NCBI RefSeq assembly: GCF_035084215.1
Contig: NC_090359.1
Coordinates: forward strand, 24,800,001 to 24,864,000
Direction of reading: 5' to 3'
Origin: Heptranchias perlo
Taxonomy: Eukaryota
Length of the DNA: 64,000 bases
This document shows, piece after piece, positions 10,851-22,599 of the stretch. The notes under the pieces are model-generated. The model had not been told where the DNA came from and searched no databases. It was given only the letters and a program-made list of their open reading frames with translations. Positions within the stretch are counted from its first letter, which is position 1. Each line of letters opens with the position of its first letter. The position numbers and the translations under genes were made by a program.

Positions 10851-13800
10851 GTGAGTGACAATCCTCCAGTATATCGTACGCACGGCGGATTATTACCGAT
10901 GTAAACTGTTTCTAACGGGGTGTCCAAGACAACCTGTGAATCTCCTGCCTTGACCTCCCCCACCCCTCGAAAAACCAACTTCAGAAAATTTGGACGTCTA
11001 GGGGCGCTAAATTGGGCCGTGCAGCGCCCGTTGTTTCGGCGCGACGCGGCCTCTTCGACATCCAAGATGGCGTCTTGGATGCGCGCGCGCGTTTCCAGCG
11101 TGACGCGCGCCGGACGCCATTTTGGTATAGGAGTTAGCGCAGGCGCAGATAACGAACGCTGGAATCATGTAGAGTAGGGAGAAAATGGCTTCAATCAGTG
11201 CACAACGCTGATTTAAAGTGACAGACACCATTTTGGGACTTAACGCTCAACTCAACGCACAGTCTTAACCCCGACCGTCTGAACGTGTCTTAGAGTGCCT
11301 GGAGGACCCCCCACCAGCGCTATTTAAAGGGACCATGCAGGATTTACAGGTTAGTGGCTGGATTATTGTAACTGGTTTTGGAGGTCTGCTACACTTGAAT
11401 ACTAGGACGCAGGGACATAGCCAAACATTTCGAGCCAGGACGTGCAGGAGTGAAGTTGGGAAATGCTTCTACGCGCAAAGGGTGGGAGAAGTTTGGAACG
11501 CTCTTCTGCAAACGGCAGTTGATGCTAGCTCAATTGTGAATGCTAAATCTGAGACTGATAGATTTCTGTGAACCAAGGGTATTAAGGGATATGGGGCTAA
11601 GGCGGGTATATGGAGTTAGGTCACAGGTCCACCCTGATCTGATCGAATGGTGGGGCAAAATGCCACCGCCACTTGCTGCCTCCTGATATGTGCCAGCTTC
11701 TCCTGCAAGAAAGCGGGAGGTGTGTCTGGGTGATGTGCCTATCATGGTTGAATAGCTGCCAGTGTGTGTGGCCTGTGGGTTGTGGGTGGGCGGCTCGCAA
11801 CGGTGGTAATGTGTAAGGATGAGAGGGTTGAGTACTGATGGAGTTTGTTGGTAATGGGTGATGGGGGGTGTAGTATGTGGAGCAGTTGGTAGGAGACGCC
11901 ACTTGACAGTTGACCTCACTCACCTTGACCACTCGTCAAAGCATTGAACTTCTTCCTGTACTGCATCCATGTCCATGATGCTGTGCGCCTGGGCATTGAC
12001 TTCATCCCCTACTGCCTCCCACTGCCTTTTGGATGTATGTCTGGAGGGCCTCTTGCCCCCCCCACTCCCCCCCATGGATATAGGATGTCCCTCCTTCTGT
12101 CCACCTCTTGCACCAAGGCCTCTAGTGCATCAGCAGAGAATCTTGGTGCACGGAGTCTCAGATCAGCAGATTGGTGAGGTCTGGCATGCAGATTGGAGGA
12201 TGTGGGATTTAGTGGTGTGCAACCTTTATTCAATGTTTTAACATAACTCATCAGTATGTAAAAACAGGGATGGGACCTGCATCTGTGCTTTACGTGTGCG
12301 ATGTCTGATCTCTGTTCAGACTCCATTCAGACAGCAGGCTGTTATATTCAGCAAATAACAGGTACCAGCTACCTTTAAGAGATTTTCTAACAGACAGCCT
12401 GCCTTTAAGAGATTGGAGCTTCCCCCTGCTGGTGGAAAGTGCAAATTGCATGGATTCCTCGTTCAACGCTGATTTCCAATGTAGATTGCAGGTGAGTCCT
12501 CAGGCTTGACGAAAATCTCGTCCTGCCTGCGCAGGGACCATGGGGCGCGGGGTAATAGCGGATTGTGCTACCCCCGCCCAAAAACAGGCCCGATACAATT
12601 ATCCCCCTCTACTGTTTAAAGTGCCCGGGTCCAGAGGGCCGTTCCTCGATTGGTGGATTTTAACCAATCAGGAAGCAGCCTCTGCCCATCCTCCATGGCC
12701 GTGGAATTTTGAAGAGTCGAAGATTCCAAGCGTTCGGGTTTCGGGGGAGGGAGGGCGAGGAAAGAAGAGGGAGAAAGTGGAGGGGAAGGAAGGGAGGGAG
12801 TACGAAGGGTGCCTCTGAGTAACCAGACACGGCTCACAGTTTGCCCACTGTTTGGGTCTCGGAGAGAAAGAACTTCCCATCGTACGTTGTAATTATCATT
12901 TGTCGGCCGACCGACCCACATCTTGAGAGGGGGAGGGGGGTTTCCGTCTTGGGGAGGGGGGTTTCCGTCTTGGGGAGGGGGGTTTCCGTCTTGGGGAGGG
13001 GGGTTTCCGTCTTGGGAAGCGAATCCCATTAAGGCAGCTATTCATTAAACCTCGTGACAGCTCTCGGCCGAGGCCTTGCTGTGAAAAAAAATGGCCAAAG
13101 AATTCCAAGCTGTGACAGGGAGTTCTGCTTTTTTGCTTTTTGTGTGTACAGCAATCTCACTTTTGGGGGGTCTCACTCTTTGCGTGTATGGCGATCCCTC
13201 TTTTGGGGGTCTCACTCTTTGCGTGTACGGCGATCTCACTTTTTTGGGTCTCTTTGTGTTTACGGCGATCCCACTTTTGGGGGTCTTGTTCTTTGCGTGT
13301 ATGGCGATCTCACTTTTGGGGGTCTCACTCTTTGCGTGTATGGCGATCCCTCTTTTGGGGGTCTCACTCTTTGCGTGTATGGCGATCTCACTTTTGTGGG
13401 TCTCTTTGTGTTTACGGCGATCCCACTTTTGGGGGTCTTGTTCTTTGCATGTACAGCGATCTCACTTTTGGGGGTCTCACTGCGCGTATGGCGGTTTCTG
13501 TGAGTACGGCTGTCTCAATTTTGGGGGTCTCTATTTTCTGTGAGAATGGCTGTCTCACTCTTTGTGTGTATGGCGGTCTCACTTTTGGGGGATCTCAATG
13601 CTCTATGAGTACTGTGGAGTCCCACTCTTTATGTGTGGGAGTCTGCCTTGGTCTAGACTTGGTCTAGGATTCTCACCTTTCCCAGACAGGGTGAGTGAGG
13701 GGGAGGGGAGAGGGAGGGTGGAGTACGAGGCCTTGGGTGACATTGCGACTGCAATTCTGATAGTTGCTTCACCTCTGATGAAAATTCCTTGAAAATCTAA

Positions 13801-16800
13801 ATAGCCAGAGGCTCCCCACCAGGTGTCACAGAAGGAAGTTGGGAAAATGTGTTTCTTTTTTTAACATTTACACATTTCCAGATGGCTCCACTTTAATTGC
13901 ACGAACATGAAATGCAGACAAAAGAAAGATTCCCTCCGATAATTCCTGGCCAAAAAAATTCCTGTACAGCAAATACACAGACTATTAATGACGTTAGCCC
14001 CAAATCTCAGGGACTTTCCTGTTCTGTGTGACTCACAGGGTGTGGTTTTCTCTCAAGGCCAACCGGGGGGTGGGGGGGGGGGGGTGCAGACGGGGCCTCG
14101 GTTTAACGTCTCAACCGAAAGACGGCACCTCCGACAGTGCAGCACTCCCTCAGTACTGCGCTGGGAGTGTCAGCCTGGATTATGTGCTCAAGTCACTGGA
14201 TTGGGATTTAAACCCACAATATTCTGACTCTGAGGCAGGAGAGCTACGAACTGAGCCACAATCATAGGAATATAGGAACAGGAGGAGGCCATTCAGCCCC
14301 TCGTGCCTGCTCCGCCATTTGATAAGATCATGGCTGATCTGTGATCTAACTCCATATACCTGCCTTTGGCCCATATCCCTTAATACCTTTGGTTGCCAAA
14401 AAACTATCTATCTCAGATTTAAATTTAGCAATTGAGCTAGTATCAATTGCCGTTTGCGGAAGAGAGTTCCAAACTTCTACCACCCTTTGTGTGTAGAAAT
14501 GTTTTCTAATCTCGCTCCTGAAAGGTCTGGCTCTAATTTTTAGACTGTGCCCCCTACTCCTAGAATCCCCAACCAGTGGAAATAGTTTCTCTCTATCCAC
14601 CCTATCCGTTCCCCTCAATATCTTATAAACTTCAATCAGATCACCCCTTAACCTTCGAAACTCTAGAGAATACAACCCCAATTTGTGTAATCTCTCCTCG
14701 TAACTTAACCCTTGAAGTCCGGGTATCATTCTAGTAAACCTACGCTGCACTCCCTCCAAGGCCAGTATGTCCTTCCGAAGGTGCGGTGCCCAGAACTGCT
14801 CACAGTACTCCAGGTGCGGTCTAACCAGGGTTTTGTATAGCTGCAGCATAACTTCTGCCCCCTTGTACTCCAGTCCTCTAGATATAAAGGCCAGCATTCC
14901 ATTAGCCTTATTGATTATTTTCTGCACCTGTTCATGACACTTCAATGATCTATGTACCTGAACCCCTAAGTCCCTTTGGACATCCACTGTTTTTAACTTT
15001 TTACCATTTAGAAAGTACCCTGTTCTATCCTTTTTTGATCCAAAGTGGATGACCTCACATTTGTCTACATTGAATTCCATTTGCCACAGTTTTGCCCATT
15101 CACCTAATCTATCAATATCGCTTTGTAATTTTATGTTTCCATCTACACTGCTTACAATGCCACCAATCTTTGCGTCATCGGCAAACTTAGATATGAGACT
15201 TTCTATGCCTTCATCTAAATCGTTAATAAATATTGTGAATAATTGAGGCCCCAAGACAGATCCCTGCGGGACTCCACTAGTCACATCCTGCCCATTGCAG
15301 CTCCTGTCGACATAAACTAAGCAATAGGGACAAAATCAACAACAACTCGCATTACATGGACTTCTGCCTCTATCAGCACGGGGAAGAGAATGAGGATCAA
15401 CTGCAATTGCTGCTCCTCAGGTGTTCCGCACACCTGAGACCTCCCCCTCCCCCTCCCATCCCCCCGCCCCCCACGAGAGAAAGAAAGAATTGCATTTCTA
15501 TAGCGCCTTTCACAACCTCAGGACGTCCCAAAGCGCTTTACAACCAATGAAGTACTTTTTGAACTGCTGTGACGTAGGAAACCCGGCAGCCGATTGGCGC
15601 ACAGCAAGATCCCACAAACAGCAAATGATTGTACCTATCGCAAGAAATATTTAAATGAGTGCACACACTGAGTATTTCAAGTATAACGGAAAGGGAATTT
15701 TAAAATTTAATTTCCTTTCTTGTTTTTAGTCAGTCAAGGGAGAAACCTTGATTGTGGAACTGGCAGACTTTCAGTGAAAAAAAATGTAATTTTGAAACAA
15801 CTTTTAGTGTCTAAAATAAAGTTTCCTGAATTTAAAAGTTTTCGCCACTGATTGAAAGTGAAATCAATTTTCAGTTTACAATGTGGAGCCCTAGTTCAGG
15901 AGAAACTTCTTTGCCCAGAGTAGTTGAGGCGAATATCATAGATGCATTTTAAGGGGAAACTAGATAAACACATGAGGGAGAAAGATATAGAAGGTTATGG
16001 TGATCGGGTGAGGTGAAGTGGGGTGAGAGGTGATCGTGTGGAGTATAAACGCCAGTATAAACCAGTTGGGCCGAATGGCCTGTTTCTGTGCTGTAAATTC
16101 TACGTAATGTGATAACAACCAGATAATCTGTTTTAGTGGTGTCGGTCGAGGGAACGATACTGGCCCAGGACAACGGGGAGAACTCCCACTGCTCTTTTTC
16201 AAAAATAGTGGCCGTGGGATCTTTTACGTCCACCTGGGAGGGCAGACGGGGCCTCGGTTTAACGTCTCATCCGAAAGACGGCACCTCCCTCAGTACTGGC
16301 ACTGGGAGTGTCGGCCTGGATTTTGCGCTCAAGCCTCTGGAGTGGGACATTAAACCGAGGCCCCGTCTGCCCCTCTCGGGTGGATGTAAAAAATCCCACG
16401 GCCGCTATTCAAAGAAGAGCAGGGGGGAGTTCTCCCCGGTGTCCTGGGGCCGATATTTATCCCTCAACCAACATCGCTAAAAAAACAGGTTATCTGGTCA
16501 TTTATCACATTGCTGTTTTGTGGGATCTTGCTGTGCGCAAATTGGTTGCCGCGTTTCCTACATTACAACAGTGACTACGCTTCGAAAAGATGTAAAGCTT
16601 GAGGATGTCCTGAGGTTGTGAAAGGCGCTATATAAATGCAAGTTCTTTCTAATGTGGGTGCTCCAGCTGCATTATTGGTAGTCCCCTAATTTGCATAGTG
16701 TGGAAATCGTCCTTCTCAAGACACATTTCTCCTCCCCACAGGGCGTCTCTCCTGCGGGAATCAGCAGGATACGGTCGAGGCCCACTCTGGAGACGCTGTC

Positions 16801-18058
16801 CATTTGCCCTGCCCGTTCACCTGGGTTGGCGAGGACCCCTCGGAGTACATGGTGGTCTGGCAGCTGACCAGGGGAGAGAACCTCACGGTGGTGCACGACC
16901 GGGAGAACCACGTGGAAAACACGGAGCAGGACCCCAGGTTCAGGGACAGGACGGGACTGGGGCCGGACTGGTTCACGGAGGGAAACGCTACCCTGAGCAT
17001 CAGGAAGCTGGACCTCGGAGACGGGGGAATGTACACGTGTCTCATCACCACCATGAACCCGTATAGCAGGGCGATGTGCGCGGAGACGACCGTATCTGTA
17101 CAGGAAGGTGAGCGAAACTGTTCCCCAGGAAACCGGTCAGGGCTTCAGAGAGAAACCCACTTCAAATTTAAAATTCTCATCCTTGTTTTCAAATCCCTCC
17201 ATGGCCCTCGCTCCCCCTCCCCTATCTCTGTAACCTCCTCCAGCTCCTACAACCCTCCGAGATCTCTGGGCTCCTCCAATTCTGGCCCCTTGCGCATCCC
17301 CCGATTTCCATCGCTCCGCCATTGGCGGCCGTGCCTTCAGCTGCCCGGGGCCCTAATCTCTGGAATTCCCTCCCTAAACCTCACCGCCTCTCTCTCCTCC
17401 TGTAAGTTGCCCCTTAAAACCTCCCTCTTTGTCCAACCTTTTGGTCACCCGTCCTAATATCTCCTCCTGCGGCCCAGTGGATGCAAACGATCCAAACAGG
17501 GCGTTTTTTGAAGAGTTGTTCTCCCCAGTGCCCTGGGCCAGTATTTATCCCTCAACCATCATCCTTAAAACAGGACATTCAACTCGTCTGCTGTTTGTGG
17601 GATCTTGCTGTGCGCGAACAGGCGGTCATGTTTGCCTGCAAAACAACACTTCAAAAGTACTTCACCGGCCGTAAAGGGCTTTGGGGTGTCCTGAGGACGT
17701 GAAAGGTGCTTTATAAATCTTTATTTTTGTAGAATGCTTGGACATAAAACTTACCCTCTGACAGTGGGCGGGAGACCCAGAGAGCGAAGGACGGCTTTAA
17801 TTAACGAGATTCTCTACGATTGCAGGAGCAGGGGGGTCGGACGCGGGGAACGACAGGAGCGAGCCGGATGGCAGAAACCATCAACAAAATCAGGGGAACT
17901 CAACGACAGCCACGGAGCCTGAGCAGATCGCAGGACACAATCCTGATCCGGGGCAGATGTCCAGAGAACTGGGTGGGAGGAGCAGCAAGAGATCCAGATC
18001 TTATTTGCTCGTTGCGCTAGCGCCAACCCTTCTGTTCCTGGTCATCTGCACCTGCTAA
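10793..18058 (+). CDS. Single IgV-domain B7/butyrophilin-like cell-surface protein, probably GPI-anchored; join(10793..10850,16742..17107,17826..18058), 218 aa
   Basis: Two phase-1 GT-AG introns give a 657-nt open frame: signal peptide, V-set domain, polar stalk, hydrophobic C-terminus. Confidence 0.85.
11001..12607 (-). mobile_element. PIF/Harbinger-derived non-autonomous element with a Myb/SANT remnant and an embedded CR1 tail
   Basis: Frameshifted RAPRFSADALEALVQEVDRRRDIL...WMQYRKKFNAL exon with AAG|GTGAGT donor and a next exon EKLAHIRRQQ; imperfect inverted ends GGGGCGCTAAATTG / CAATTATCCCCC; CR1 3' piece (+) at ~11395-11655. Confidence 0.65.
12930..13016. repeat. 21-bp minisatellite x4 (GGGGAGGGGGGTTTCCGTCTT)
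   Basis: Directly visible tandem copies. Confidence 0.9.
13140..13600. repeat. ~38-bp degenerate minisatellite (GCGATCTCACTTTTGGGGGTCTCACTCTTTGCGTGTATG)
   Basis: About 12 diverged tandem units with a partial higher-order repeat. Confidence 0.85.
14086..14260 (-). mobile_element. DeuSINE 5' fragment
   Basis: tRNA-like head plus start of the central domain. Confidence 0.75.
14262..15292 (-). mobile_element. CR1 LINE, 5'-truncated, uninterrupted RT C-terminal frame
   Basis: ORF 14346..15284 ([14 protein letters not shown]); near-identical to the + copy at 20633-21615. Confidence 0.95.
15900..16105 (+). mobile_element. CR1 3' tail fragment
   Basis: GTTGAGGCGAATATCATAGATGCATTTAAGGGG...GGGCCGAATGGCCTGTTTCTGTGCTGTAAATTCTA, shared with 24582-24765 and 31037-31220. 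Confidence 0.8.
16110..16650. mobile_element. Inverted pair of DeuSINE fragments
   Basis: Minus copy ~16110-16335 and plus copy ~16345-16650 share the TTAAACCGAGGCCCCGTCTGCCC...CTCCCC segment. Confidence 0.8.
16742..17107 (+). CDS. IgV gene exon 2, V-set Ig domain
   Basis: ctccccacag| acceptor; LPCPF...VVWQ...RFRDRTGL...GNATLSIRKLDLGDGGMYTC; GAAG|GTGAGC donor; symmetric phase 1, 366 nt. Confidence 0.93.
17160..17470 (+). mobile_element. L2 LINE 3' fragment
   Basis: [13 protein letters not shown]...GGCCGTGCCTTCAGCTG...CTGGAATTCCCTCCCTAAACC; related copies near 8090-8340, 22110-22450, 26990-27345 and 61300-61645. Confidence 0.8.
17826..18058 (+). CDS. IgV gene exon 3, stalk plus hydrophobic C-terminus (...SRSYLLVALAPTLLFLVICTC*)
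   Basis: ttctctacgattgcag| acceptor, phase 1, open to TAA at 18056-18058; CG|GTGAGT donor after 18081 implies a 3' UTR intron; this frame is not in the ORF track. Confidence 0.8.
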
Positions 18059-18169
18059 CCCCGAGATTCTAACTGTTTTCGGTGAGTTCTTTCTGCCCTC
18101 TCAAAGTGAGCAATGCTCGCGCTGGAGAATGGGGCGCTTTCTGATATCTCTGTTACCGTCAAACGTTCC

Positions 18170-18595
18170 CCATGTCACTGCTTTTTTCAAAAAATTCATT
18201 CTCGGGATGTGGGCGTCGCTGGCAAGACCGACATTTACCACCCGTCCCCAGTTGCCCTCGGGTTCGGTACAACTGAGGAACTTGCTAGGCCACTTCAGAG
18301 GGGCAGTTAAGAGTTGGCCACGTTGGTGTGGGACTGGAGTCACATATAGGCCCGGACCGGGTAAAGACGGCAGGTTTCCTTCCCTAAAAGGACATTTTGT
18401 GAACCAGTTGGGTTTTTTTTAACCACAATCCAATAGATTTGTGGTCACTTTTACTGACGTTGGCTTCTTGTTTCCAGATTTTATGATCTGAATTCAGATT
18501 CTCAAACTGGCCAGGGTGGGATTTGAACTCATGGATTATTAGATCAGGCCTCTACATTACTAGTCCAGTAAGATAACCATTACACGACTGTCCCC
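18170..18595 (-). mobile_element. tRNA-derived SINE (second family)
   Basis: Same family as 20754-21160 (GAGTTCAAATCCC B box, GGGAAGGAAACCTGCCGTC core). Confidence 0.75.
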
Positions 18596-19446
18596 CAATA
18601 CCCCCCTCCCTCCTAATATCAAACCCCCCCACCCCCCACATCCTGACCCGGACTGAGATATATCAGCCCTCTGGTACCTCGCCCCATATTTTATACGTGA
18701 ACCTCGACGGTGAGTGTTGGTGGGCTATTTGACTGTGTGGGGCATCACAGACGAGCCCGACACTCTTCTCATCCGCCGCCCTCACGCAAACACTTTTCGG
18801 CAAGTCACTAAATTACCTGCTCATTATCTCATTGCTGTTTGCGGGATCTTGCTGTGCGCAAACTGGCTGCCCCGTTTCCCCACATTACAACAGCGACTCC
18901 ACTTCAAAATGTACTCCATTGGCTGTAAAGCGCTTTGGGACGTCCTGAGGTCGTGAAAGGCGCTGTATAAATGCGAGTCTCTCTTCCTTTCTTTCGTGCC
19001 AGAAGTTTAAGTGCTCTGTCAGAACGACTAAGCTACGTCCTGCCCCCTTTAATGATTTACGAGTTCCCGGGTCTGACTGTGATCATTTACGTTGCAGGTT
19101 TGGATTGGCATGGGCGTAGCAAAGTGCAGACGAATGCGATGGTCTTCGAAAGTGGTACCGGACGATCCTGACCCACCACGCTGCCTCCACGAAGGCCTTT
19201 CTGTCTGGTGTATGCAGCACTCTGGACATGGAGTCAATGGAGATCTGTCAACCAGCTGAGTGGCTTGTAGCGGGGGGAGGGGGAGGGCCGGGGGAGCAGG
19301 ATTGGCACCTCGGTGGGTCTGCAGCTCTGTGTGCGTGCCCTCTGACCTCCCACACCCCTGACCCCCAGAGGATGAAGGCACCAATCACGCACCAACGTTC
19401 AAGGTCAAGAGTCCGGGTCGAAACTCACCTAGTGGGGGAGGGGGGT

Positions 19447-19850
19447 GGTCGTCGCCAACCCTCCAGGATTGGCCTGGAGTCTCCAGGAATTAAAGATTAA
19501 TCTGCGGGACACTGTTGCGGGCAAAGACCCCGGAGAAAAAAAGTCACGGGGGGGGGTGGGGGGGGGGGGGGGGGGAGTGTTATAAAAAACTGTGTTGTTT
19601 TCTTTCAACATTTTCCCTTTTTGAGCCATAAAAATGTCGGAGACGGGGTTAAAACGGACTGTTTTGACTGACGGTCATGAATCGTCCAATTGGGTGACGG
19701 AGAGCCTGGTCGTTCTCCAGTCGGCTGTGGGAAGGCGGGGCCTCACGGAGATGGACATGTCGGACGACCAATGGCGGGGCCGCTGGAGTCCGGCGGTCAC
19801 ATGATGAACTCCCATCCAGGAGTACGGACCAACCAGAGTTGGCGACCCTA
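19447..19850. mobile_element. MITE-like element with short TIRs (hAT-like)
   Basis: Left GTCGCCAACCCT, right AGAGTTGGCGACCCTA; a partial related copy lies at ~49950-50090; superfamily inferred from the TAGGGT- terminus only. Confidence 0.5.
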
Positions 19851-20632
19851 AGCCTGGCGCCTTATTCCTGGTCATCAGCCGGGTCCTGACTGAGCCTTTA
19901 GTTTTAAGTTATTTTTTTAATTTGCTGGGATTATCTTCTCGACGTCACCTCGATGTGAATTTTAAGCTCCCAATGTTGCCCGGCGACTCTCGACAGCGAT
20001 CCCATTTCCGGGTTGAACCGTGAACGTTGGCCGGGGTTCCCGCTCCTGATTGCTCTCCACTGACCCCGGCTGGCAAGTGGATGTTGGACGACAACAGGTT
20101 TGGGGGCGCAGCCAACGATGCCTCTGTGGTTGAATTGCCTGGCGACATGAACCAAAAGGGATTATTAGAATCTGGCGTCAAGACGTCTTTGTTTTGTTTC
20201 GGAAAGCAAAGAAATCCACTGATGGTCTGGTCGGTCAGTGCATCAATTCTGGCCTTTCACTCTGTGCGGGCTGACGTGTCACGAAAGGTTTGATCGCAGC
20301 AGGGTTCTATGGAGCGTCAATAGATGCTGGCAATGTGTACTGGGGGCCAGTGAATGTAACCTGCAGCTTTCATTGTGTCTGGATGAATCATCGTGCCTTT
20401 TAAATGCAGTAGAAGCTTTCAATGAATCTCTCTCTTTCTCAGTATGATTCACGCCCTCCCTGTCTTTAGACTCTCTCATAAAGGCTCAGAGTCTCAGATG
20501 AATGACGCCCCTTCCCTCAGAGACTCTCTCTTAACGAAACTCTCACACGTGTTTCTCTCTATCTCTCTCTACCTCCACTCTTTTTCTCTTTTTCTCTCTC
20601 TCTCTCTCTCTCTCTTCCCTCTCTCTCCTCCT

Positions 20633-21615
20633 TAGCTATACAAAACCCTGGTTAGACCGCACCTGGAGTACTGTGAGCAGTTCTGGGCACCGCACCTTCG
20701 GAAGGACATATTGGCCTTGGAGGGAGTGCAGCGTAGGTTTACTAGAATGATACGGTAGCATAGTGGTTATGTTACTGGGCTAGTAATCCAGCGGCCTGGA
20801 CTAAAATCCAGAGTCATGAGTTCAAATCCCGCCACGGCAGCTGGCGAATTTAAATTCAATTAATTAAATAAAAAAATCTGGAATTAAAAATACTAGTATC
20901 AGTAATGATGGCCATGAAACTACCGGATTGTCGTAAAAACCCATCTGGTTCACTAATGTCCTTTAGGGAAGGAAGCCTCCTGGTCTGGCCTATATGTGAC
21001 TCCAGACCCACAGCAATGTGGTTGATTCTTAATTGCCCTCTGAAATGGCCTAGCAAGCCACTCAGTTGTAAAAATCTCGCTCAAGAAGGCGACTCACCAC
21101 CACCTTCTCAAGGGCAATTAGGGATGGGCAATAAATGCCGTGAACGAATAAAAAGAAAAAATACCCGGACTTCAAGGGTTAAGTTACGAGGAGAGATTAC
21201 ACAAATTGGGGTTGTATTCTCTAGAGTTTCGAAGGTTAAGGGGTGATCTGATCGAAGTTTATAAGATATTGAGGGGAACGGATAGGGTGGATAGAGAGAA
21301 ACTATTTCCGCTGGTTGGGGATTCTAGGAGTAGGGGGCACAGTCTAAAAATTAGAGCCAGACCTTTCAGGAGTGAGATTAGAAAACATTTCTACACACAA
21401 AGGGTGGTAGAAGTTTGGAACTCTCTTCCGCAAACGGCAATTGATACTAGCTCAATTGCTAAATTTAAATCTGAGATAGATAGCTTTTTGGCAACCAAAG
21501 GTATTAAGGGATATGGGCCAAAGGCAGGTATATGGAGTTAGATCACAGATCAGCCATGATCTTATCGAATGGCGGAGCAGGCACGAGGGGCTGAATGGCC
21601 TACTCCTGTTCCTAT
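20633..21615 (+). mobile_element. CR1 3' fragment interrupted by a SINE
   Basis: Matches the reverse complement of 14262-14850; the host sequence GAATGATACCCGGAC is split at 20753/21161. Confidence 0.92.
20754..21160 (+). mobile_element. tRNA-derived SINE with a LINE-derived tail, ATAC target duplication
   Basis: A box TAGCATAGTGG, B box GAGTTCAAATCCC, A-rich end; ATAC on both flanks; another copy at ~47680-48105. Confidence 0.88.
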
Positions 21616-22599
21616 GCTCCTTTCTTTCTGCCTCTCTCTTTTCACCCCTTTCATTTTCTTCCAGCTCTCTCTCACTTTCTCTCTTTTCCCCCTCTCTCTC
21701 TCTCTTCTACCTCTTTCTCTCCGCCTCCTCTATTTTTCTCTCGCTCTCGGGAATCTCTCTGACTCTGAATCTTTCTTACAGACCAGACTTTCTCCCCTTG
21801 TCTCACTGAGTCTCCGCCCCTCCCTCGCTGTCCTGGAGAGAGATACATATTTGCAGCATCTTCATATCACTGTTGAGTCTGTCTGGGCCTAAGGAGTGAA
21901 TTGATTGCCGGATAAATGGAATGTTTATAAAGCTATTCCTCTGGAAACAAAGCAGTATTTTTTGGGGGGGAAATCAATGACTGGAATCACTCGGCTGTAG
22001 TTCACCTGGAACCCAATCTCGCTCCTGCGGTCTCTGTGCACCACACACTACCCCAAGCTGTGCAATCAGCCACCGACAACAACATATATATTGTGCCTTT
22101 TATAGCAAAAAATCGACACCGAGCCACATGAGGAGATATTAGCACAGGTGACCAAAAGCTTGGTCAAAGAGGTAGGCTTTAAGGAGGAGAGAGAGGTAGG
22201 CGTAAAGGAGGAGAGAGAGGCGGAGAGGTTTAGGGAGGGAATTCCAGAGCTTAGGGACCCAGGCAGCTGAAGGCACGGCCGCCAATGGTGGAGCGATGGA
22301 AATCGGGAATGAGCAAGAGGCCAGAATTGGAGGAGCGCAGAGATCTCGGAGGGTCGTAGGGATGGAGGAGGTTACAGAGATAGGGAGGGAGGGTACGAGG
22401 CCGTGGAAGGATTTGAACACGAGGATGAGAATTTTAAAATCGAGGCGTTGCTGGCCCATTCAGGAAATGAATGGGCGAGGTCGATACGCTGACCTCCTGT
22501 CCACACTTGCTGTGGGCAGTGTGGGTTTCTGCCAGTAAAGAAACACAAGGTGGGAAACGTCTTATCAGGTCTGCCACATGGAATCCCACATCTCACCGT

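Noticed and set aside
16804-17457. 217-aa single-exon ORF
   Set aside because: The IgV exon read through its donor into an L2 fragment; it starts at TTG in mid-domain
17733-17761. Alternative terminal exon tttttgtag|AA... giving ECLDIKLTL* (secreted isoform)
   Set aside because: Phase-compatible, but the acceptor derives from a SINE tail and has no other support; the 17826 exon explains the protein better
20754-20850. tRNA genes at SINE heads
   Set aside because: The A/B boxes continue into SINE bodies, and no cloverleaf was evident
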